DNA of 64,000 bases from an uncultured Candidatus Rokubacteria bacterium (GTDB lineage: Bacteria > Methylomirabilota > Methylomirabilia > Rokubacteriales > CSP1-6): contig CAVWWD010000007.1 of NCBI GenBank assembly GCA_963758635.1, positions 384,001 through 448,000 on the forward strand, given 5' to 3'. Under the pieces are notes generated by a model that was given only the letters and a program-made list of their open reading frames with translations, had not been told where the DNA came from and searched no databases. How positions within the stretch are numbered: the stretch's first letter is position 1; every line of letters starts with the position of its first letter. Below, one piece after another: positions 29,985 through 40,050 of this stretch. The position numbers and the translations under genes were made by a program.

Positions 29985-32742
29985 GGCGCCCTCCGTTGCC
30001 CTTGCGCGCGGACAGGGCGTCGGGCCGGAGCAGCTTGAGCCCGCGGCTCGCGTTGAACCCGTGGATCTCCTTGACGTCGAGCTTGCGCATGAAGCCGATG
30101 GTGCCGGCGTCGATGACCTGGCCCGGCACCATGATCGGGAACCCCGGCGGGTAGGGGATCACGAAGTTCGCCGAGACCAGCTCGGGCCCGCTCATGATCC
30201 GCTTGTCGATCTCGGGGCTGGCCAGCGGGATGTACTCGCAGCCCGCCTCGTCGTAGGCCGCGTAGAAGCCGCCGCGCATGTTGCCCTCGATGGTGGCGCC
30301 CGGCGGGGTCCTCGCGGAACGAGTCGTGGAACCGCGTGAAGTTCGGGAGGTCCGGCACGTCGTCCATGAGCGCGGCGACGCGGGCCCGGAACGATGGCGC
30401 GCTCCCCGTCGGCGCCGTGCGTCAGCTGCTCGTCGATCCCGCCCGCGATCTCCGCGAGCACCTTCACGAGGTGCGCCACGTCGGAGAGCGTGTTGTTGAT
30501 GTTGGTCTGCAGCAGCACGCTGTTGCGGGAGGTCTTGTTGAGCTGGATCTCGTACTTCGACGCGAGCAGGCCCTTGAACTGCGTGCCGTCGAAGCCGGCG
30601 GTGCCGCAGACCAGGGTGAGCCGGGTGGGATCCAGGCAGAACTCGTCCTGCTGGAGCGACTTCACGGCGTCCGCCCAGGTCAGCCCGGCCCGGAGGAAGC
30701 TGGCGAAGCCCGACGGGCGGTACTCGGCCGGGATCATGTCGTCGGCGTCCAGCACCCGGAAGTACTTCGAGATGACGGGGTGGCCGTTGACCGCCCGGCG
30801 GATGTCGAGCGCGAGCTGGATGGAGCGGGCGACCAGCTCGTAGCCCTCGAGCTCCATCTGCCGCCGCGCCACGTCGAGGGTGGCGATGATCTGCAGATTC
30901 GGCGACGTCGAGGCGTGGGTGAACACCGCCTCCTTGAACTGGGCCTCCACGTGGTGGAAGTCCACGTCGCGCACCAGCACCATCGACCCCTGGCGCAGGC
31001 TCGACATCGACTTGTGGGTCGAGTTGGTCTGGTACACGCGCAGCCGGACCTTCGCCGGATCGGGCACCAGGCGCGTGTCGAGGACACGCGCGTCCCCGGC
31101 GTCGAGGTCGCTCCCGAGCGTGCGCGCCTGGGCGGCGTAGGCCTCCGCCGCGGCCTCGGTCTTGAGCCACGCCTCGATGTCGGCGGCCGCGCCCATGGCG
31201 GTCCGCGGCCGCAGGAACGGCGAGAAGCGCGCGAAGCCGAACCACGCCTCGTCCCAGAGGAAGACCAGGTCCGGCTTGATCGCGAGCAGCTCCTCCATCA
31301 CCCGCCGCGTGTTGTAGACGTGGCCGTCGAAGGTGCAGTTGGTCAGGGTGACGAGGCGGACCCGGTCGAGCCGGCCCGCCGCCTTCAGGTCGAGCAGGGC
31401 CTTCTTCAGCGAGCGCAACGGGACGCCGCCGTACATCGAGTAGGCGGTCATCGGATACGCCTCGACGTAGTACGGCTGGGCGCCCGCCATCACCATGCCG
31501 TAGTGGTGCGACTTGTGGCAGTTGCGGTCGACGATGGCGATGTCGCCCGGCGCCAGCACCGCCTGCTCGACCATCTTGTTCGACGTGGACGTGCCGTTCG
31601 TGACGAAGAACACGCGATCGCAGCCGAACGCGCGGGCGGCCATGTCCTGGGCGCGCTTGATCGTGCCGGTGGGCTCGAGCAGCGAGTCGAGCCCGCCCGT
31701 GGTGGCCGAGGACTCGGCGAGGAACAGCGTCGGGCCGTAGAACTCGCCCATGTCGCGGATCCAGTTCGACTTGAAGATCGACTTGCCGCGGGCGATGGGC
31801 AGGGCGTGGAAGGTGCCGATCGGGCGCTGGGCGTAGCGCTTGAGGTTGTCGAAGTAGGGCGTCTCGAACCGCTCCGACACCCCCTCGATGGCGCTGAGGT
31901 GGATCTCCAGCGGCTCCTCGGCGCCGTAGAAGACGCGGCGGACGTGGCTCCTCACCGCGGGATCGCCCGCGACCTGGTCCACGTTGTTCCGGCTCAGCAG
32001 GTAGATGTCGAGCTCCGGGCGGACGCGCTTGAGCGCGGCGGCCAGCCGGGTCCCGTACTCCTGCGGCGCGCCCGCGTCGGCGTCGAGGCCGGGCTGGGTC
32101 GCCAGCAGCTCCCGCAGGACGGGCGCGTCGTGGCGGGACGCGAACGGGAAGCCGTCGCCGATCACCACGGCCTGGATGGCGCCGTTGAACAGCGCGGCGA
32201 GCACGGCGTCCTCGAAGCTGCCGACCACGACGCTCTCGTAGATGAACTGGTCCTCCGGCCGGCGCAGGCGGCGGAGATCCTGCGCGACCCCGGGCCACCG
32301 CGCCGGCGGCGCCGGGGAGACGATGAGGAGCTCGAAGTACGGCCGCCGCGTCTCACCCGTGTCCAGGCGGGGCGGCAGGCGAAGCGCGCCCGGGCCCTCC
32401 GCCGCGTCGTCGGCGGTCTCCCAGTCCGAGGCATCGGCGCGGTAGCTGTCCGACATCAGGGCGGCGTTGATCCGCTGGACGAGCCGCGCCACGTCGCCGG
32501 CGTCGCCCTGGGCGATCTGGTCCTCGATGGCGCGCAGCAGGCGCGGCCCCGGGTAGCCGAAGAAGCTCTCGGCCGGGCGCATCTCCGCGAGCGCGGCCTC
32601 GACCGCCGCCCGGCCGCGTCTTGTTCGGCTTGGCGGCCCAGGTCTGCGCGGCGAGGGAGAGGTTGTACCAGCGGTCGAGCCGCGCCTGCCCCGTGGAGAA
32701 CAGACGGTCGATGCGTTCCGGATCTCGCGTGCCAGCCTTCAT
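29977..32742 (-). CDS. Ornithine/lysine/arginine decarboxylase, large fold-type I PLP enzyme (frameshifts near 32610, 30385, 30310)
   Basis: [51 protein letters not shown]-lysine [27 protein letters not shown]. Confidence 0.9.
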
Positions 32743-32793
32743 GTGATCACTCCTCGAATCGATGACCGCGGCTCGTGCCGCAGCCGTCGGGTC

Positions 32794-34142
32794 TCAGATC
32801 AGGTCTCGGTCCCAGTTGAGGATCAGGCGGAACTGATAGCCGGTGGTCTTGCTGTTCTGCTGGTCGAGGACGGCCGCCCGCGCCCGGAACCACATTCCCT
32901 GCAGGACCGGCAGCTTGAAGGGCGGGCGGTAGTCGACGGTGAAGTCGTACTCCGCCTGGTCGGGGGCCTTCCTGCGGGTGGAGGCGTCGATGGCGTCCCA
33001 GCCCCACGCGAAGTTGACGTTGGCGCTCAGGCCCTCGACGAGGATCTTCGAGAAGTCGTACGCGGCGCCGATCAGCACCGCCTTCTCGTTGGCGCGGTTG
33101 AAGTCCTGGTCGATGAGCGAGAGGTAGCCGGGGAAGCTCCCCCAGGGGTTCTGGATCCTGTTCCCCGCTCCCGTGATCGAGAAGGCTCCGGTGATCTGGA
33201 GGTCTCCGTAGATCGCCTGCACGCGCACGCCCCCCTGCTGGGTGTCCCAGTGGCGGCCGTCGGCCCGGGGCAGGAGGGCGTCGCCCACGGCGCGCTGGTC
33301 CGTGAACTGGGCGCCCAGGCCGAGCTTCCAGTTCTCGCTCACCGGGAAGAGGTACGCGCCCTCGAGGTAGAACGTGTTGAGGGTGTTGATGCCGAAATTG
33401 TTGCTGATGTCGAACCGGAGCCCCTCCAGCGGAGTCAGGCGGAACCCGATCAGGGCGGCGCCGTCGTTGCTTCCCGCCGCGCCGGCCTGCTCGGACATGT
33501 CGATGAACTCGTCGGCGTTCCTGGGCTTGATCTTCCACAGGTAGCCCGCGAGGTACTCGACCCAGCCCACCTTGCCCCCGAGCGTCACGCCCTCGAAGGT
33601 GTTCGGCGTCATCCGGTTGTCGTGCGAGGTTGATGTACGGCTGCTCGACCTGCTGCCGGTAGCCCTTGAGGAGCGCGTACTCCTTGTAGCGCAGCGCGCC
33701 CCACGCCTCGGCCGGAACGTAGTAGCCTTCCTGGCCGGACTTGAGGAGCAGGGTGCCGTCGCGGTCGCGGGGGGCGTAGAGCTCCGCCGAGCCGTACAGG
33801 CTGGCGCCCATCGCGAACGTGTCGAACAGCCACCCGGACTGGTAGGTGATCCAGCCGCCGAACGCCCACGCCTCGTTGATCGAGTCGTTGGGGTTGGTGC
33901 GGTTGAAGTAGTAGCTCCGGAGATGCAGCTTGAGGTCGGTGTCGCGGATGAACGGGGGGAGATTGGAGGCGTGCAACCAGTCCTTCGCCTCCTTGAAGAC
34001 TTTCTCGATGGGCGGGGTGAACGGCGGCGGCGGGGCGTCTTCCGCCGACGCGGACCCCCACCATGCGGCGGAGATGACGAGAGCCGCCAGGATCCAGAAC
34101 AGCGCCCAGGCTCTGCATCCGTTGCATCACGAAATGTCGCAT
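32794..34142 (-). CDS. OprD-family outer-membrane porin (frameshifts near 34095 and 33625)
   Basis: LHLRSYYFNR, YQSGW, DNRMTPNTFEG, DFNRANEKA, EYDFTVDY; GGAGG RBS before ATG 34142. Confidence 0.78.
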
Positions 34143-34673
34143 CGCCACCTCCGTGCACACGGCTGTTATTCGCGCATTCGCCGCCCGCCGCGTCACCCCT
34201 CCGCAATCGGTGTGCCGGACCGCGCGTGAGGGACGATCAGCTTTCCAGCGCGACCCTCGATGCCCGGTGGGGCGCGGGCCCCTCAGGTGAGGTCCCGACG
34301 CCTCACTCCCGGGTCGCTCGCCTGCGGCTCCATGTTGGCCGACATCTCAGCTGTCGGGCGACATTTCAGGTCTTCCGCCTTCAGGCTTGAAGCAAATGTG
34401 GCTTTCGACTTCGCCGTGCGCGCAAACACCGCGATTCTGCGTACACACGCGGAGCCGGCTCCTCATTTCTTCACAGACCCTTGCTGAAGTCCCGAAGGAG
34501 TTCGGAAAATTCTCCTCCCGCGCGTCAGCAGCGCGCGCGTCATCCAGACCGGGCCCGCCGCAACGGGCAGCCCCGGAAGTGCCCCGAGTGTCGCCGGATG
34601 GAGCCGCGACAGGACATTAGACCTTCGTCCCATCCGTGTTCGTGGCGCGGGCGTTGGCCTACAATCTGAGCCG

Positions 34674-37500
34674 ATGATCGAGTTTCCCCCCTACCGGGTG
34701 GACCCTCGCGCGGAGCGCTTGTGGCGGGGCAGCCAGCCGGTGCCGCTCCGACCCAAGGCGTGGACGTTGCTGTACTACCTCGCGCAGCGACCGGGCCTCC
34801 TCGTCACCAAGGAGGAGCTCCACAAGGCGGTCTGGGGCGACATCGTGGTGTCGGACGATACCGTCACGCGGACGGTCGCCGAGCTGCGCCGGGCCCTCCG
34901 CGACGACGCTCGGGAGCCGCGCCTCATCGAGACCGTGCACCGGCGTGGGTTCCGCTTCATTGCGTCGATTCCGCCGGCTCCCGCGGTGGCGGAGGCGGGC
35001 GCCGAGCCGGCCTCGCGGCCGGAGGCGAGCGACCTCATCGGGCGCGACGCTGAGCTGCTGACGCTGTGGCGCCACTTCCGCCAGGCGCAGGGAGGCCGCC
35101 GTCAGGCGGTCTTCGTCCAGGGCGAGGCGGGGATCGGCAAGAGCGCCCTGGTCGAGAGCTTCGTGAAGGCCGTGGCGGCCGCGCCCGATCCCGTGCTGAT
35201 CGCGATCGGCCAGAGCGTCGAGCAGTACGCCCAGCGCGAGCCGTACATGCCGGTCCTGGAGGCGCTCGGGCGGCTGAGCCAGGGACCGTTCGCGCGGGAC
35301 GTGCTGTCGGCCATGCGGTCGGTCGCTCCGAGCTGGCTGGCGCAGTTTCCGGCGCTCCAGGGCCCGACCGACGTCGAGCGGCTGCGACGCTGGCACGCCG
35401 ACACCACGCCCCACCGGATGCTCCGGGAGTTCTCCGGCCTCGTCGAGGCCCTCGCGGCCGAGCGCCCCCTGATCATCGTGCTCGAGGATCTCCACTGGAG
35501 CGACCAGGCCACGGTGGACCTGGTCTCGGTGCTCGCCCAGCGGACGGAGACGGCGCGCCTGATGCTCGTGGGCACGCATCGGCCGGCGCAGGCCGCGGCG
35601 CTCGACCACCCCATCCAGCAGGTCCTCACGCTGCTGCGCGCGCGCCGCCGGTGCGCGGAGATCGCCCTCGAGTACCTGACCCGGCAGGACGTGGCCGCCT
35701 ACCTGCAGCGGCGGTTCGAGGGCTCGCGGGTGGCCGACGAGGTCGTGAGCGTCGTCCACGGGCACACCGACGGCAATGTCCCTCTTCATGATCCTGCTCG
35801 TCGATCACCTGCTCGCGCGCCGCCTGCTCGTGGAGCAGGGAGGCACGTGGCGGTTGACGGCGGCGCGTACGTCGATCGAGCAGGAGGTGCCCGACAACCT
35901 CCGCCAGCTGATCGAAGGACAGCTCCGGCTGGCCTCGCTGGAGGAGCGGGACGTGCTGGAGGTCGCCAGCGTCGCCGGGCTGGCGTTCGATGCGCCGGCG
36001 GTGGCGGCCGGGCTCGCCGGCCCCGCGGACGCCGTCGACTCGATCTGCCACCGGCTCTCCCGCGCGGACCGCTGGCTCCGGGCGCTGGGGCACCGGGAAT
36101 GGCCGGATGGCGCCCTCGTCTCGCGCTACGCGTTCCAGCACGCGCTCTACCAGCGCGCGCTCTACGACCGCCTCTCGCCCGGGCGTCGCGCGACGCTGCA
36201 CGAGCAGATGGGGCGGCACCTGGAGTCGGCGTACGCCGGTCGCGGGGCGGAGGTCGCGAGCGAGCTGGCCCGCCATTTCCAGGGGGGCCGGGATCACGCC
36301 CGGGCCGTCGTCTATCTCGAGCAGGCGGCCAACCAGGCGAACGATCGGCACGCCTACCGGGAAGTGCTCTCGTGCCTCGGCCCCGCGCTCCGCCTCGTCA
36401 AGGGGCTGCCGGACACGGTTGACCGGGCGCGGGACGAGCTGCGGCTCCGGCGCCTGTACGCGAGCGTGCTGTCCCAGACCGCCGGCTACGAGCGGGCCGA
36501 GCTGCTCGACAACCTGAAGCGGACGCAGGCCCTGTGCGAGCAGCTCGGCGACACCGCCGCGCTCTACGACGCGCTCAGCGCGCTCTACCTGCTGCACGCG
36601 ACGGGCGGCGATCTCGTGACCGCCGAGGGGATGGGAGCTCAGATCCTGCGCCTGGCCGACCGCGTGGACGCGTCCGCCGCTCTCCAGGCCCACTTTCTGA
36701 GGGGCGCCAGCGCCCTGTGGATGGGCGACCAGGGCGCGGCGGAAGCGTTCCTGACCAGGGCGCTTCGGTCCACGGTCAGCGTGGAGGCGGCGGCCCGGCC
36801 GTACGCGGTGAATCCGGTGATCGGGGCCCGCTCCTTCGACGGCCTCCGGCGGTGGATCGCCGGGGACGCGGCGGGGGCGCGGAACGTCCAGCGGGACGCC
36901 GTGAGGATGGCCGAGAAGATCGGCCATCCCTACACGGTCGCGGAGGCCCTGACGTTCAGCGCCTTCGTCCTGCTGCTCGAGGGCGACTGGCCGGAGGCGG
37001 CCGAGCGCGCCGAGAGGGTGCTCGCGCTGGCCGACGAGTACGGGTTCCCGCGCTGGCAGGGGCGGGCGCTGGTGATCCGCGGTCGGGCGCTCGTCGGCGA
37101 GGGCAAGGCCGCCGCGGGCCTGGGGGAGATCAACGAGGGCCTGGATCTGCTCAGGCGGACCGGGCTCCGGCTCGGCTACTCCCTGCTGCTGTCGCTGCAC
37201 GCGGACGCGGCGCGGGAGGCCGGGCGGTTCGACGAAGGGTTATCCGCCGCCGCGGCCGGGCTCGCCCATTGCGAGGACACCGGCGAGCGCCTCTTCGAGG
37301 CCGAGCTGTGGCGCCTGCGCGGAGAGATCCACGCGCGGCGCGGCGGCGGCCGGGCCCGCGCCCGGAACGGCGACGCCGCCGAGGCCGAGGCGTGCCTCGC
37401 GCGCGCCCGCACGATCGCGCGCGCGCAGAGCGCTCGCATGATCGAGAAGCGCGCGACCGCCCGGCCGATCGCTTCGGCGCCCCGCCGCGCCTCCCGCTGA
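34674..37500 (+). CDS. OmpR/CadC-type winged-helix + AAA (STAND-like) ATPase + TPR-like regulator (frameshift near 35780)
   Basis: LVTKEELHKAVWG..ELRRALRDD..IETVHRRGFRF; Walker A GEAGIGKS; Walker B IVLEDLHWSD; YAFQHALYQ; EAELWRLRGE. Confidence 0.9.
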
Positions 37501-37537
37501 CCGCGCGTCGCCCCTTGCGGCGCGGGGCGCGGCCGGG

Positions 37538-38560
37538 TCAGACCGTCGCCAGTCTCCGCGCCCGCGCGTTCCAGATGCGGCCGTCCAGCCAGTAGTGCCC
37601 GAGCAGGCCCGCGGTCAGGAACGGCTCGAGCCCACCGATCCCGGTCATCGTGCACGCCGCCCAGGACGCGAGGCCCAGCACGGGCCACACCGCGAACCGC
37701 GCCAGGCGGCCGACCTCCACCACCGCGCCGCGCCCCCGGGAGGACGGGGTCCCCCGCGCCAGCGCGTACGTGAAGAAGAGGTACTGCACCTCGTGGTGGA
37801 TCGCGAGGACGAGCACGAACCAGGAGTTCCCGGCCCCGAGGACGTAGGCGCTGCCGAAGCCCAGCGCGTTGGCCACGACCAGCCAGCGCTCGCCCGGGTG
37901 CACGACCGGTTGCGACGGCGTCAGGTCTTCCGGATGGTCGCGCCGGGGCAAGGTGGTCCGGCCGATGGTCAGCGCGAGGTACGCGAGCACGCTCAGGGCG
38001 GCGAGCATGGCGAGCGCCCACAGGAGGTCCGGGGAGAGCGAGAGCTGATGGAACGGCTCGCCCTCGTGATCCGGCGCGATGCTCGTGTAGTACGCGACCG
38101 TCGCGATCATCGGCAGATAGAACGCGGCCTGGAGCAGCCAGCGGTGGGGCGCCGACACGGGCCCTCCCGCGCGGCGCTGATAGTGCCGCGCGATGCCCAG
38201 GGTCTGGCGCCCGCGATGCCAGGCGCCGAGGTAGAGGACGACCGTGGTCAGGAGCACCGCGCGGTCGTTCCAGGAGAGCGCGTACGTCGCGGCCACGATG
38301 GCGAGCGGCACCAGCAGCAGCTCCACCGGCATCCGCCGCCACAGCCGGCGCCGCACGATGGCGCCGTAGGTCGCGCCCAGGTGCAGCTCGCCCAGGATGA
38401 TGTCCGCCGCGGCGAGCTCGCGCTCGCCATGCCAGGCGAGCACGAGCGCCATCAGCAGCAGGAGCGCGCCGCCCCCCGCCGCGACGCCCCAGAAGTCCGC
38501 CCGCTCGGAGACGAGCCAGACGCCCGGCGAGGAGACCCGCGCTTCGGCGGTCAGCCGCAC
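37538..38560 (-). CDS. Hypothetical multi-pass membrane protein with His motifs (start uncertain)
   Basis: Several TM segments with HLGATY, WHRGRQTLGI, IHHEVQYL, HYWLDGRIW. Confidence 0.65.
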   Translation of the reverse strand: MRLTAEARVSSPGVWLVSERADFWGVAAGGGALLLLMALVLAWHGERELAAADIILGELHLGATYGAIVRRRLWRRMPVELLLVPLAIVAATYALSWNDRAVLLTTVVLYLGAWHRGRQTLGIARHYQRRAGGPVSAPHRWLLQAAFYLPMIATVAYYTSIAPDHEGEPFHQLSLSPDLLWALAMLAALSVLAYLALTIGRTTLPRRDHPEDLTPSQPVVHPGERWLVVANALGFGSAYVLGAGNSWFVLVLAIHHEVQYLFFTYALARGTPSSRGRGAVVEVGRLARFAVWPVLGLASWAACTMTGIGGLEPFLTAGLLGHYWLDGRIWNARARRLATV

Positions 38561-38567
38561 GGCGTCG

Positions 38568-40050
38568 TCATCCGGCCACGAGGTCGAAGACGTGATGCCC
38601 CCAGGGACCGAGGTCCAGGTAGAGCCCGCGCGAGACGAGATCGCTGCCCGCCCGATCGTAGCGCGCGGGCGACAGCAGGTCCTCGAGCCGCACCGGACGG
38701 TCACTGAGGTCGGAGAATGGCAGACGCACGTAGCACTGCCCCTGGCTGCCCGAGTAGTTCACGGTGACGATCCGCCGCTCCGCGCCCGGGCCCTCCCAGC
38801 ACCACGCGATGAACCCGTCCCACGTCCAGTTGCCGTCCCACGCCGGCACGCACTCGAGCAGGCGCCACCGGCCCGTCGCGGACGACCGGCTGCCGCACCA
38901 CGGCCAGGAGACGCTCGTAGAACGCCTTCAGCGCGCCGTCGACCGGCTCGACCGGCGCCCGGCCGAGGTGGGGCGAGATGCGTTTCCGCCGGCCCTCGAG
39001 CTGCCCGTCGTGGAAGAACCGGAGGCCCGGCGTGAGATAGGTGACGACGGCCGCCGCCTCGTGCATCCCGGGCGGAAAGGCCGTGGCCGCGCGAGGCTCG
39101 TCGTGGTTCTCCATGAAGCGCGCGAGCCGCTGCTGGTAGTCGAGGCCGGCGAGAAGGTGCTCGCGGACCGGCCGCGCGTGCCCCTGGTGCAGCCGGTCGT
39201 AGAGGCGCTTGTCGTAGGCATAGTCGAACCCTTGCTGCATCATCGTCCACTCGAGGTCCCAGTACACCTCGGCCATGAAGCGGAAGCCGGGGTGGCGCTC
39301 GCGCACCCTGCCGATCGCCTCGGGCCAGAAGGAGGGCGCCCGGCGCCCCCACGTGCGCTCGAACACGTCGGGCAGGACGAGCATCGCCATGTCGCAGCGG
39401 ACCCCGTCGCACTGGCCGGCGATCTTCACCAGCTCCCGGCTCATCGCGTCCTGCGTGTCCGGGTTGGCGTAGTCGAGCTGGAGCGTGTCGGGCCAGCCCG
39501 GGAAGTACGGATCCCGCCCGTGAGCGAGGATCGCCGGTCCGCGCCGGCCCGGGACGCGCGTCCAGTTCTGTGGAGCGCGCTCGAGATCACCCTCCGTTCC
39601 GGCGACGAAGCGGGCGGGGTGGTCGGCCACCCACGGGTGGTCCAGCGCGGTGTGGTTGGGGACGAAGTCGAGCATCAGCCGGAGGCCGCGCCGGCGCAGG
39701 CGCTCGCGAAGCCGCGCCAGCGCCGGGTCGCCGCCCAGCGCGGGCGAGACCGCGTACCCGGTGATCGCGAACCCCGACCCGGGGATGTCGTCCTCACGGA
39801 GGTCGGGCAGCGTGTGCTCGAACTCCCGGCGCCACTCCGGGTTCTCCCGCGACACGCGCCGGCCCGCGGCGCCGGTCGACCACACGCTGAGGAGCCAGAC
39901 CCAGTCGAACCCCCGCCCGGCGACCTCGTCCAGCTCGGCGTCCGGCACGTCGTCCAGCGTGGCGGCCCGGCCGAGGGTCCGCGACAGCTCGGTGAGCCGC
40001 ACGCGGGTGTTGATCTGGTAGAGCGACGGATGCGCCGCGGATCGGCGCAT
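38568..40050 (-). CDS. Alpha-amylase family glycoside hydrolase (GH13; frameshift near 38870)
   Basis: [46 protein letters not shown]. Confidence 0.9.

Noticed and set aside
37505..37535. GC hairpin (CGCCCC..GGGGCG) between convergent genes as a terminator
   Set aside because: The stem is short, has no U-tract, and is easily produced by chance at this GC content.
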